Below, piece by piece: positions 27,714-41,391 of a stretch of 64,000 nt of DNA; the first letter of the stretch is position 1, and every line of letters begins with the position of its first letter. The notes under the pieces were generated by a model, which worked only from the letters and a program-made list of their open reading frames with translations, was not told the DNA's origin and searched no databases. The stretch spans positions 183,892,001 to 183,956,000 of the forward strand of contig OZ024743.1 in the NCBI GenBank assembly GCA_964016885.1, given 5' to 3'. A program made the translations under genes and the position numbers. This DNA is from Eledone cirrhosa (Eukaryota).

Positions 27714-29033
27714 TATTGTTATACTTTGGGAGGGTCATGTTACCAATAAGAAACACACGCACCAGTTGCTTTCACTTCAATTTATTATAATAAATTTATA
27801 AATTTAGGAATTTATAAATCTATAAATTTCTGGTTGGTTGGTTGGTTCCACAACCAGATAGTTGTTTATATATTGTCAAAGTTCTTTCGTCACACATTCT
27901 GTGACCTCTTCAGTGACTGGGGATTCTTTTCTTTGTTTCTCTCCTTTGTTCTCTCCTACGCCATTTTGTTTCTGTGTGTGTGTTGTGTGCTCAGTCTGCG
28001 CATGCGCCAAATCCGGGTGTCTGTGTGTGTTTATATTCGTTTATTTATTTGTTTATTTACATGTTACCGGTTGGTTGTTTGTTCTATGTGTGTGTGTTTT
28101 CATTTTGTCCTTAATTGTAAGTTGTGATGTTGCTGTTCCACTCATGTTTTCTATTTAATTTTGGTTGTAATTCTTTTATGTTTATTGCCTCTGTGATTTG
28201 TCTAAACATTGCGTCTTTTCTGTGTGTAGATTCTATTTTTATTTCTATGTTCTCTAATTTACCCTTATGTTCTATTTTAGCATGTTGGTAGAGTACAGAT
28301 GATTCTTTACTATCTTGAAGGTCTCGCCAGTGTTCATTTATCTGTTCCCCTACACTACGAGCTGTCTCACCTATGTACACTATATTTTTGTCTCTACATT
28401 GTCCTTCAGTACATCTTATGCTATACACTACATTATGCCAAACCCATGACTTCCAAACATCTGATCCACCGAAACTCGGCTGTTTCGGACCATACCAAAA
28501 TCAACATACTGATTGCGGATTTGGTACGGGTCATGAGAAACGTGTCCCGCATGTGCAACCCCGAAGAACTAGAGAGACACATACAACACTTCATCCACCG
28601 TATGCAGTTCTCTGGTTACAATCAGAGAGATAAAATCAGAGTGTATAGAGGAGCCAGAACCAAATGGGAAAAAATGGTAAATAATGACACAAATGGGACC
28701 TGCCCCTTGTATAGGAGCAAATTTTGGAATAGAATAGAAAGAACTAGGAATAAGGCTAATAGAATAAACTCATGGTATGATAGCAATAAATACCAGAGTG
28801 TAATGTTCATCGATACAACCCCTAGAGGTGAATTAGCTTACAAATTTAGAAGGGCCCTAGATAAACATAAACTCAATATTAAGATAGTAGAAAGACCAGG
28901 TACCTCTGTAAAAACACTTATTAGCAATACATACCCTTTTCAAAGACCCCCCTGTATAGATAAGAAATGTATAACCTGTAAAATAAGCCCCCATATTAAC
29001 TGTAAAACTAGAAATGTAGTGTATAGTATAAGA
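27714..29033 (-). mobile_element. Penelope-like element (same family as 9248-10850) with 5' inversion
   Basis: 27714-28434 (-) corresponds to 10152-10850; 28430-29033 (+) corresponds to 9570-10172. Confidence 0.9.
27875..27917 (-). ncRNA. Hammerhead ribozyme matching 10655-10697
   Basis: Reverse complement of the same motif. Confidence 0.8.
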
Positions 29034-29074
29034 GAGTATTAAAGTTTGCTTGAAGCATTGTGGAATAATAAGAT

Positions 29075-29878
29075 ATATTTCTTTAGGTCGTTTTGGAAGC
29101 CTCAACAATGCAGATGGGTAATTCTCCGGGTAACAAGATCCGGTGGTGAAGAGAGAGATGTAAGTGAATGTAGAATGAGATGTATAGTGTGTAGAAGAAC
29201 GTAGGAAAGAGCGTAAAAAATAAAAATAATAATACGAGATAGAGTTACCTTGGGAGATATTTAATTGTCCCTTTTTTATATTTCGGATTCACATCCATCA
29301 ACTGGGTTTTTTTTTCCGGGGGTTTTTTTCCGAGGGTTGTCTGACGGAAAGGTGCGAAACGTGTCCTCCGCTGTTCGTTGTTTTGAATATCTGAGGTATT
29401 CAGCAGAGCGCGCATGCGCGTGAAATGGGGACGGTCAAGTATAGGTCGACGGCCGAAATAGTTCTTTTAATTGTGGGAGTGGAGTGGCGTTAGCTGTCAA
29501 TCCATTGTATTATCTGCCCGTGCTGGTTTCTGTATTAGCAATGTTGAATAGTGCGTGGTGGTGGTAGTGTTCTCTGCCTGTTTGGTGAATGTTACTGTGT
29601 GTGCGTGTGTTGTTGTCTCGCTTGTGTGTGTGTGCGTGTGTTGTTGCCTCGTTCGTCTGTATTAGCAGTGTAGTATGTTCGGGACAATTAAATCTCTCCC
29701 AAGTTAACTCTATCTCGTGTTATTATTTTTATTTTTTACGCTCTTTCCTACGTTCTTCTACACACTATACATCTCAATCTACATTCACTTACATCTCTCT
29801 CTCTACCACCGGATCTTGTTACCAGGAGAATTACCCATCTGCATTGTTGAGGCTTCCAAAACGCCCTAAAGAAATCTC
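29075..29878. repeat. ~195-bp-arm inverted repeat (fold-back remnant)
   Basis: 29075-29270 pairs with 29680-29878; abuts (TA)n. Confidence 0.85.
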
Positions 29879-30316
29879 TATATATATATATAAGGGATAA
29901 CAAAATATCGTTATAGGTAATCCAGTTAGAGGTTATGAATACTTCGTATTAGGGATAGTTTTAGCGCACGGCGTTGTTTGACTCAACAAGAGGTTTACGT
30001 AGGTGGCGAGTTTATGATTTCACTTATATTCCTATGTAAGTTTATCTTTGAGTAATAAAATTGAAAAAGTGAAGAATAACATGGTCAATAGTACAAAAAA
30101 GGGGTTTTATTTACAGTTTGACAATTGTTTCACTGATTAAGATGTCTAATAATTGCTGAACACTTGAAGCAGTGTCACTCAATTATATATGTCCTTGAGC
30201 AAGACACTTTATTTCACGTAGCTCCTTCTACCTGGAGTTGCGATCGATAGACAGTATTAGCAATTGGAAAGACCAATTGAAACAGTGTTTCCTCGATTTG
30301 ACGAAAGTCGATGGTT

Positions 30317-30439
<123 letters not shown>

Positions 30440-30549
30440 TATGTATAGAAATTTCCTATTTCTAAAGAAACACGGTTTTAGGAAGCCGTAGCTAGGCAAA
30501 CACCGAGGCTAACGCCCTCTGGTGGTGTCCAACAGAAGCAAGAGGGACA

Positions 30550-30593
30550 ACCGTCTATGCATTTCAGGCTTAACTGGCCTTCATCAGGACGGT
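30550..30593 (-). ncRNA. Type I minimal hammerhead ribozyme
   Basis: Minus strand: accgtc-CTGATGA-aggc-cagttaa-gcct-GAAA-tgca-TA-gacggt; lies in a ~260-bp island between two (TA)n tracts. Confidence 0.88.
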
Positions 30594-30687
30594 CCCTTCC
30601 ACCGCCTGCAACTGCTGGACTTGAAGACAGTCGAGAATATATAGTTTTCTCGTCTGTGTAAATGAGGTGATTAATCTCATTTGCATA

Positions 30688-30804
<117 letters not shown>

Positions 30805-31251
30805 GTTTTCAAACTCTATGTTACGATGTTTGATTAATAATAATAACACTTTAACCTACATTTGATTTTTATTTTGCTGACTACACTCATCTGACATTAT
30901 TACCTTTGAAAAATAATAGTTTATCTTTATGACTGAATGACGCAGTCAAACTTTTTATTAAAATATATTAAAATATATTTAGGAGATGTATTTTTATATT
31001 ATTATATTCTTAAATTAATATTTGAACTGCACACCTGCTCTTATTAACTTTATAAACTTTGGTAATGCTTATTATATATGTTTATTTACTAATTATGATA
31101 TATGACTTGCACTATACTTAACTTCTTTATAGCAGCATGTTTTTAAAATTTGTTAATGCTTTTAGCTGCTCCTAATTTTTTTTTTTTGCATATATATGCT
31201 CATATTTTTCATATGCTTCTTCTACCTTAGCTATCTTTTCTTTATTATATA

Positions 31252-31293
31252 CTCCGATGAAGTAGCCTTGTGCTAGGATGAAACGATCGTAAG
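31252..31293 (+). ncRNA. Degenerate hammerhead (CCGATGA core)
   Basis: CCGATGA..tagc-cttgt-gcta..GAAA-cgatcg-TA; stem I weak. Confidence 0.45.
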
Positions 31294-31513
31294 CGATTAC
31301 ATGTTCTAAACACTCTTTGATTGTTGTTTATAAAGTATTTCGACTCTGTAATATACTAGTTATTTTACATTAAGCTATTCTCATACTTGTAATTGGATAA
31401 TCACTGGCTTTTTTTATTCTTAAGGATATCTCATCATCAAGTGTGCATGAATTGTTCAATGTACTACCAAGGTAAACAAACTTGCCAGCTCTTTTTAGCC
31501 TCTTTCCGTACAC

Positions 31514-31638
<125 letters not shown>

Positions 31639-32499
31639 CATATATATCATTATCATTGATAGTGTGTGCTGGATGCTTTTTGCGGTGTCTTTTACACGTC
31701 CACTTTACAGTGTGGGCTTGTGTGTGTCTGTGCGTATCTGCGACCAGCGTATATAGGTCACAGACACACACATAGCCTACTTTTGAAATTAACGAGCAAG
31801 TGACTTAGTATTCTACAGACACGCGTATCCTTTACGTAGTTCTCAGGGAGATTGATTCAGCGTGACACAGTGTGTGACAACTCTGTTCCTTCGAATTACA
31901 GGTACAACTCATATTTGCCAGCAGAGTGGACTAGAGCAACGTAAAATAAAGTGTCTTGATCAAGGACACAACGCGCCGCCGGGAATCGAACTCACGACCT
32001 TACGGTTGTCAGCCGAACACGCTAACCACGCATTTCACACACATAAATACATATATAAACACACACACACACACATATATATATATGTATATATATATAC
32101 AAACACACACACCTAAATGTATATATATAAACACACACACAGACACACATACATATACACACGCATACATATATACAAGCACACAAACACATACACACAT
32201 ATAAACACACACACACATATAAATAAACACACACATATAAACACATACATACATATATATAAACACATATATATATATACACATAGATATATATACACAC
32301 ACACAAATATATACACACACATATATATAAATACACATAATACATACATATATACAAACACACACACATATATATATAGAAACATACAAACACACACCTG
32401 TATATAAACACACACACACACACACATATACATATAAATACACACACTCATATACACAGCCACTTTACTGCGAAACCCAATATTAAAACATTTTTCTTC

Positions 32500-33830
32500 T
32501 CTCCTACAATTAATTTGTCACTCTCACTATAACATACCTTTCTCACCCTCTCTATATACCACTACATGCCTTACTCTTCCACTAGACCAACATTCTCCCT
32601 CTTTCACTAAACCACCGAACTCTTTCCCCCTCTCTATATCCGACTACATAATTCACTCTCTCACTCTCACAATTCCCCTCTCTCACTAAACCACAAAACT
32701 CTCTCCCTCTCTCCATATCCTACTACATACCTCACTTTCTCTCACTGTCACAATCCCCCCTCTCTCATTAAGCCCCCAAAAATTCTCATCCTCTTTATAT
32801 ACCACAACAAACCTCACTCTCTCTCAATCTCCTCTCTCACAATAACCCCTCTCTCACTAAACCATCAAATTCAATCCCACTTTCTATATCTCATTACATG
32901 CCTCACTCTCTCACAATTCCCCCTTTCTCACTAAACCAACAAACTCTCACCCCTCACTCTATACCACTACATACACCACTCTATCACAATTCCCCCTCTC
33001 TCACTAAACCCCCAATCAATCCCCCACTATCTATATCCTACTACATACCTCACAATTGCCTCTCTCTCACAGCTACTAAATTATCTCCTTCTCTCTTTAT
33101 ACAACTACATATTCTCACTCTCTCTCACTCTCTTAATTTCCACTCACTCATTAAACAAACAGACTCTATCTCTCTGTCTTTATCCTACTACATATCTCAC
33201 TCTCTCTTAAAATTCACCCCCTCTCACTAGACCACCAAATTCACTCCCCTTTCTATATATCACCACATACTCTCTTAACAATTTCACCTCTCTCACTAGA
33301 CCACTAATCGATTTCCTCCTCCATATATCCTATTACATACCTCACTCTCTCTCACAATCATTCCTCTCTCATTAGACCACCAAATTCTCTCTCCCTCTCT
33401 ATAATCCACTACATTCTTCATTCTCTCTCACTCTCACAAAACCAATGAATTATCTTTCGCTCTATATATCCCACCACGTTCATAACCCACTCTCATAATT
33501 CCCCCTCTCTCACAAGACAACGAAATTCTCTTCCCCTCTCTATATATCACTACATGGCTCACAATCTCTCTCACAATTAACCCTCTCTCACGGAACTAAC
33601 AAACTCTCTCCCACTCACTCTATACCATTACATAACGCACTCTCTCACAATTCCCCCTCTCTCACTAGAGCACCAATCAATCTCCCCGTCTTTACATCTT
33701 ACTACATACCTCACTCTCTAACAATTCCCTCTCTCTCACTCAGCCACCAAATTGTCTCTCCCTCTCTCTCACGCTCTTAATTTCCCCTCTCTCTTTAAAC
33801 AAACAAACTCTATCCCTCTCTATATCAGAT
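32500..33830. repeat. Degenerate pyrimidine-rich tandem repeat (~70-80-bp unit)
   Basis: Recurrent CTCTCACAATTCCCCCTCTCTCACTAAACCACCAAA..TATATCCTACTACATACCTCA. Confidence 0.75.
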
Positions 33831-35560
33831 CCTATGTGATATATACGCTTAAATCTGCTTCTTTCACCTTACCTGCCATTGATGGGGGTTTGGCTGGCTG
33901 TAGATCATACACGAATTATACACCTACAACTACTTCTTTCACCCTCTATCCATCAAGGACCAGGGTTTAGCTGGTGGTATGTGATCCTAAAGGAAGTAGA
34001 AATCCTCAAACTGTTTCTTTCGCCCTCTAACTTTGCATTGACAAGGGTTTAGCTGGCCATAGGAGGACATATGGGATGTAGACGCCCTAAAACTCCTTCT
34101 ATAACCCTCTAACTTCATTTTGATCAGGGATTAGGTGATACTATGGGAAGTATACACCTTAAAACACCTCCTTTTACCCTCTAATCTATCATTGAGAAGG
34201 GTTCAGCTGGCCGTTGGAGATCCTAAGTGAAGTATACGCCTAAAACTGCTTCTTTCACCCTCTAACCTGGCATTGACAAGGGTTCAGCTGACGTAGAAGA
34301 TCCTAAGGGTCGCATACGACCTAAAACCATTAATTTCGCACTCTGTCCTGGGTTTAGCTGGCCGTAGTTGATCGTATGGGAATTATACTGTCTAAAACTG
34401 CTTCTTTCACCATACTAACACAGTGACCAGGGTTTAGTGGGCCATATTAGATGCTATGGCATTTATACACCTAAAACTGCTTCTTTCGTCCTCTAACAAG
34501 TCATTTACCAGGGTTGAGCTGGCCATATTGGATCCTATGCAATATATACTCATAAATCTTCTTCTTTCGCTTTCTAACTTGGCATTGACAGGGATTTAGC
34601 TGGCCTTAGGAAATCCTACATGGTGTATACTATTTAAAGCCATGACTTTTGCACTCTGACCTGGGTTTAACTGGCCATAGGAGATCCTATGTGAAGTTTA
34701 CGGCCTAGAAATTCTTCTTTCACCGTACTAACTGCGCAGTGGCCAGGGTTTAGATGGCCGTAGGAGGTCCTATACGACTAGAACTGTTTATTTCGCGCTC
34801 TAACATGGTTTAGCTGGCCATATGAGATATTATGTGAAGTATACGGCCTGAAACGGCTTCTTACACACACCTTACATTTACAAGGGTTTAGAAGTCCTAC
34901 GGGAAGTATACACTTTACAATTATTTCCTTTACCCACCAACCTGGCATTGACAAGGGTTTACTTGTCCATAGGGGATCCGATGTGACGTATATGCCCTAA
35001 AGGCCTTAATTTCTAACCATCACCATGGCTTAACTTACTGTAGAATAATCTGTGTGAAGTATACTGCCTAAAACAGCTTCTTTTATCTTCTGACCAGGCA
35101 TTGACCAAGGTTTAGTGCATCTAACCTTACACCTAAAACTGCTTCTTTCACCCTCTATCAAGTCATGGGCCAGTGTTTAGCTGATGTTACGTGATCCGAA
35201 AGGAAGTATACGTCCTCACACTGCTTCTTTCACCTTCTATCCTAGCATTGACAAGGGTTTAACTGATGGTAGGAGATCCTATGGGGCGTATACGGCATAA
35301 AGCCATCACTTTCGCCATCTAACCAGGCATTTACCATATGAGATTCTATACGATGTATACGCTTAAATCTGCTTCTTTCACCTTCTGACCTGCTAGTGAT
35401 AGTGGTTTAGCTGGCCGTAGTTGACCCTACGACCTAAAGCCATTACTTTAGCACTCTGACCTGGGTTTAGTTGGCTATAGGAGATCCGATACGAAGTATA
35501 AGGCCTGAAACTGTTTTTTTCACCCTCTAACCTCACATTAACAAGAGTTTAGAAGATCCT
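33830..35560. repeat. ~81-bp degenerate satellite, left block
   Basis: Consensus AAAACTGCTTCTTTCACCCTCTAACCTGGCATTGACAAGGGTTTAGCTGGCCGTAGGAGATCCTATGGGAAGTATACGCCT. Confidence 0.85.
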
Positions 35561-36239
35561 TTAGCAGCATAGTATATAAATGTTATTGGGACTCGAGTAA
35601 CATAATAATGATGTCAACAGCAGAAATTAGAGATGAAATGTATGTTTATTTTTGTTGTAGCACAAATAATTGTTTCTACTTTTGACACAAGGCCAGCAAT
35701 TATCAGTGTATTACTGGTACTTTATTTTATCGACCCCGTCAGGATGAAAGGCAAAGTTAACCTCGACGGGATTTGAACTCAGAATGTTGTAGCACAAATA
35801 ATGTTTGTTAATTTGTATGGTTGAAGTTACACATAAAATGAGGTTACAAAAGGAAATGTGCCATTGTGCCAGGCCCAAGGAAGGCCGACAGGCCAAAGTG
35901 CAAAATCTCATCGTTATATGTTGTACGTGTTGCTCCTTCGAAGTTCAGGATGCGAGAGGGCGATTCTTCAAATCCCCGCGGGGAATTTCTCCCTCAGGGC
36001 GCGTAGGGATACATTCTCTTCTACTGGCGCTGATTGGCTGAGCTGAGCCAAATCACGCAAAGAGAATGTATGTGAGCCCGCGGAATGTAGGTCACTACAA
36101 TCCTATGGGGAGTATTGGCTTTAAAACTGCTTCTTTTACTCTCTAAGCAGACATTTACCAGGATTTAGTTAGTCAAAGGAGATCCTAGTGCAAAGAAACT
36201 CGTGTGCACAAGCTAAGCACAAACTCGTGTGCACAATCT

Positions 36240-36688
36240 GTAGTGAGAGTGGAGAAAGAGCTCACAGAATGGTTCACTGTATACAGAGGAATTCAAGAGG
36301 GAGGTTGGTGTAGCCATTGGCATTCAATCTTTACTCTGAGGAGGTGATGAGAAAATCAGTAAATATTCTCTCCTGGATCGAGGTTACTGTTGGTGGGAAA
36401 GAGATTAACAACCTGGGGTATGTTGACAACATAATACTCATAGCAAACTCACCAGCAAATCTACAAACAATGCTGCATAAAGTTTACAGAATTTCAAGAG
36501 AATATATTTTGGAGATCAACACCAAAATGACCAAAGTAATGGCAGCAATTAGACAGAAGGTAGAAATGAAAATTGGGTCCCAAGGTGCGACGCTGGAACA
36601 AGTCGAGAAGTTCAAATACCTTGGTTCAGTACTTGAGCAGACGGCAGAGAGAAGTTGGGAAATAAAGGTGAGATTAGCAACTACATAA
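36240..36688 (+). mobile_element. RTE-like LINE RT fragment
   Basis: GGKEINNLGYVDNIILIA..LEINTKMTKVM..LEQVEKFKYLGS (degenerate YADD region). Confidence 0.75.
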
Positions 36689-36990
36689 AATAAAATAAAA
36701 TTTAATTAATACACTTTGGGATTCTCAGTAACATTTTTCAATTTTTGTCAAAGAGGTGTAAAAAGAAAATTGAAAAAGATGATTTGGAAACTCTACATGT
36801 ATCTCTTGTCCAGGATTGAACCCCAGAGAAAGATCTACACTGCCTCTAAGATTTCCCAATAGGCCACTAAGACAGCTACAGAAATCTATTGAAAATAAAT
36901 AATTATAAACCTACTTTCAAAATTAAATTAAATCAAATTAATCAAATTAAATCGAAAATTGGAAATACCAATAACTTTAAAAAATTAGGT

Positions 36991-37033
<43 letters not shown>

Positions 37034-37469
37034 TTATACACGACACAACACATACATATATCCACACACACATTTGAAATCAAAGAGAAATTATTATTTC
37101 AAGGGAGACAATTCAGTTTAATTTACAATATTTCTCTCCCTTCTCTCTGTGCTGACTGCGAAGCAAACGTATTTAATAATTAGGATATACACACGGATAT
37201 ACGTTTGTATATATAATATATGTTTCTTTTATTTGCCACCAGGGCATCAAAAGTGGGACAAGTACAATGGGGGGAGTTTACAAAACAAGGCGTCCTCAAT
37301 AGGGAGGAGGCAATAACAATATATAAAAATAAAATAAAATATAACAAAAAATAAAATTATAACAAAATCCTCAATAGAGAGGAGGCGCCTTGGGGGGGGG
37401 GGGGGGGTCGCACGCACCCCCCCAAAAAAGTGTGCAACCCTTTTACTCGGGAGCACAGAGAAGGCGTGC

Positions 37470-38020
37470 TCCCTTGGTCTTTCATCTTCCTCACCTATAG
37501 TCTGATGTAGAGTGAAGGCTCATTCACACGGGCCATTCTCGCCACTTTCACCTATCTTTCATAAAAACGGCTGGGGTGCAGCACCTCTCTCTCCATCCTG
37601 ATCCTTCTTCCGAAATGATATCGGAAGAAACGGACCAGTTGTTGGCCAGAGAGAAAGGTGTCTGACCTCAGTCCTTTCAGACGCGTCCACCATACAACCT
37701 CTTTCGCCATGGCTATTACGCACAGAAACACCGCCTCTTCTTCGTTTTTGAAGAGGGGAGGCGGCTTGATCGTTACAATAGACTCGGTGGTCAACCGGAT
37801 CGGTCCCACCCTTGACAGCAGTTGTTCGACATAGCCCCACAGATCGGCAATGCCCGAGCAGTGTACCAATGCGTGTGCAACGGTTTCCTCGTCACACACG
37901 CATCTGGGACAGATCTTTTTCGAGGGGTCCCTACCCGGGCGCCCGTGTCTGTAGAGCCTTTCTCGAACGGGCAGAGCCCTTCTGTAGCATTGCCAGGCCA
38001 GGGACCTCTGGAAGTTATCC
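37470..38020 (-). pseudogene. Tx1 ORF2 C-terminal segment (zf-RVT-like)
   Basis: DNFQRSLAWQCYRRALPV..CPRCVCDEETVAHALVHC. Confidence 0.8.
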
Positions 38021-40127
38021 TGTAGCGGTTGTCTCCCTTGTTTTGATTGGGATCTAGACGGGAGGTGGAACCCTTTCTGCAACTTCCGGTCAGAGCCCTA
38101 TAAAACTAACAACGTTAAGCTTCCTTTCTCTCTCTTTGCCTTTTCGGCACCAGGTCGAAGAGCCTCTCATTTGGCTCTGCCATTAATTTGGCCAACAGGC
38201 GCCTGGCCTTAGCCAGGCGCCCTCTGCCAGCCGCGTTTGCCTGGCAATCAAAACGGTAACTACTAACTTTGTTTCATTCTAACATCTATCTTTGACATGT
38301 CAAGTATTCTATCTACCGTTAATTAAATATTATATACACAAACATTGTCTCGTTTTGTTACATTCATACAGCCAGTAATCTCGCTATATTGGTAACCCTG
38401 ACGTGATACGAACACCCAGCCGTTCATCGCTATAAGTGGTCACCCCCAAAAAAAGAAAAAAATAGCACATCTGGTTTTGTGAGTAACATTACGAATACAC
38501 AGCAAATTTAGCGACAAACTATGAAAATACTCAAGGACACGCACACACGCACATGTGGAATTCGCACAGACATACTTTTTCTCTCACGCATCAATTAACT
38601 GTCGCATTTCACCAATATATATATATATGTTTCTCGTTTCTTACAACGAACACTTTCAAAACAAAAAAAAAAAAAAAACATTTCACGATATATATATATG
38701 TTTCTCGTTTCTTACAACGAACTCTTTCAAAACACACACAAAAAAAAAAGAAATTTGATATTCTTTAAAAAACATTTCAACAGGAACATTTATTTTCGAT
38801 GAACCATTGCCTTTTGTTCTTCGTTTTCTTCATCGTTCAAGTTTTTTGTTTTTTTCCAAAGTTCACACCTATAATTATGCTGATTGAAGCCTTTCTTTTT
38901 CATCATTGTCACTTTCAAAATTGCACTATCATTTTCTCGCGCGTTAGAAATATTTTTTTTTTCAACCTTGTATTGGCACGTGTAGGCAGCATAAATTCTC
39001 AATTCACTGAGATGTCTCTACTCACAGACAGCCGCACGCCATTTATCACCAGGGATTCTTCAGCCTTAAGCTATATTCTTCTATTTGCCGGTTTATAAAT
39101 TTACAATGTAAATTTACCGTTGATAACCGCGCATTTATTAAGAATGCTTATTTCTCTGGTCGCTGGCCTCTTGACCCTTCCAGGTCAACGCATTCTCAAC
39201 ATCGACCATCAACTTCGGCTGCTATTTCTAGCACTTTGCGCAACTCATTTTTTTCTAAAAAAAAATTTTTTTACTGTGAATTTAAACACCGAATACGCTC
39301 ACTCAGCGAGACAACAGCAGCAGCAACAGCAATATAACAGCAACAGCAATACATCAACACAGCTTCACCAAAGCCAGAGAATTTATTTTTGCAGCACTCT
39401 TCCTGTGAGAAAATCCATTCGGAGGTTGGAAATTTCACGATATACCACAGAACAGAAACCACCTGCATTCATTCTCTGGAACACACTTTCTTTCCTGCTG
39501 TCATGTGATTGCACACCTGTGAGCTATATTTTGAACTTTGAGCTCTTCTATTACTTTTACTTTATTACATTGTATCTTTGGGTGATGGATAGATGGATGT
39601 CCAGTCGTTCTCTGGCCAAGAGCGGTTGGCTACCTTGATATCTATCATTGATTTTTCCAAACATTCTTTCGTAATTTTCATGCCTGTTACAACATTCTCG
39701 CCAACTTGCTACATATTTTCATTTCGATTTTTATACACTAAAATTCTGGCGGGAGGTTATGTAGCGGTTGTCTCCCTTGTTTTGATTGGGATCTAGACGG
39801 GAGGTGGAACCCTTTCTGCAACTTCCGGTCAGAGCCCTATAAAACTAACAACGTTAAGCTTCCTTTCTCTCTCTTTGCCTTTTCGGCACCAGGTCGAAGA
39901 GCCTCTCATTTGGCTCTGCCATTAATTTGGCCAACAGGCGCCTGGCCTTAGCCAGGCGCCCTCTGCCAGCCGCGTTTGCCTGGCAATCAAAACGGTAACT
40001 ACTAACTTTGTTTCATTCTAACATCTATCTTTGACATGTCAAGTATTCTATCTACCGTTAATTAAATATTATATACACAAACATTGTCTCGTTTTGTTAC
40101 ATTCATACAGCCAGTAATCTCGCTATA
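38021..40127 (+). mobile_element. Non-autonomous LTR retroelement, copy B
   Basis: 368-bp LTRs 38021-38388 and 39760-40127 with no differences seen; TSD ATCC; PBS-Trp 38390-38407; PPT ~39748-39756; internal region homologous to copy A. Confidence 0.92.
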
Positions 40128-41391
40128 ATCCATGGGTCCCGGGCTGAATGTCCTACCGAACAGGTTGGCCAGTTCGTCTTCCTCCATGCCTAGGGCTTCT
40201 CCGAGGGCGTCGTCGCACCTGCTAACCACTAGCCCTCTATAGAATGACGAGGTGGATTCTCCACTGACAGCCGGGTCCGCCTGCCAGAGAGCCGTGAGCG
40301 CCTGGGCACACTCTGTGTGCCAGGTGCCCAGTTTTCTCGGTCTTTGCTTGACCCAGGATTGCAGCTCGGTGAGTGAGACGAGTCTGGGAAAGGCTCGCCT
40401 CACAAACGGGGCCCACACCGGTATACCGGAGAGGAATACCTGAAGGTGCCGTAGCCTTAATGCGTGTTTACGTATCATTAGCCACGGCATCCCCAGCCTT
40501 CCTTTCGAAGGGTGTTGACAGCAGATGGATCTCCTCACCATAGGAGCCCGCTTCTTCCAAAGGAATTGGAAGAGTGTGCGCTCCATTTTGGCGAGCGTTT
40601 CCCTTGGGCAAGACACAACGGTCAGGCGGTAGTAGATGACGGACGCTATATAAGTGGTCGCCACCTCCGCCCGACCTTTCAGGGACAGTTTGCACTCGGC
40701 CCACTTCTGGGTCAGTGCAAACACCCTGTTCGTTACCTCACCCCAGTTCTTCTCCACCTGGAGGTCTGGTCCGAACCAGACCCCGAGCAACTTCACCGGG
40801 CCCTCCGTCCAGCGCCCGACGATGCCATCGGAGGGCATCAATCTGCCCCTCCACGTGCCGAGTTGCAGACCGATCGACTTGTCCCGGTTCAGCTTAGCCC
40901 CTGTAAACATTTCGTACTCCTCCAGTAAGGTGCCGATCGCCCCGATTTCCGAGGCCGTCAACACCATTACTGTTACGTTATCGGCGTAGGCTGACACCGC
41001 TTTCCGCAATCCCGGTTCCAACGGGATGCCCTGCAACAACTCCAACTTCCGCAGCAGTGGCTCTAGAGTCATTACATACAGAAGGGAGGAGAGAGGGCAC
41101 CCCTGTCGGATGGACCGCGCGATTTCGAACGGCTCCGAGAGGTAGCCGTTCACCTTGACCCTAGAGCAGATGCGGCTGCTGTGCATGGCATTGATCCAGC
41201 CCCTGAAAACGGGTCCGAAGCCTGCCGCCGCTAGCACCGCATCCAGGTAACCATGGTCGACCCTATCGAATGCCTTAGATTGATCCAAGTTGATCAGGGC
41301 CCCACCAAAGCCGGGTTCGTTCCCAACCCTCTATGATGTATCACATGAGGTGGAGGTTGTCGTGGATGGACCTGGACGCGATAGCACATGT
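40128..41391 (-). pseudogene. Tx1 ORF2 middle segment (RT), inactivated
   Basis: DQSKAFDRVDH, IRQGCPLS, YADN instead of YADD; stop and frameshift near 41340. Confidence 0.85.

Noticed and set aside
39120-39638. 172-aa ORF in the LTR element interior as gag
   Set aside because: No gag motifs, and the frame is not preserved in copy A
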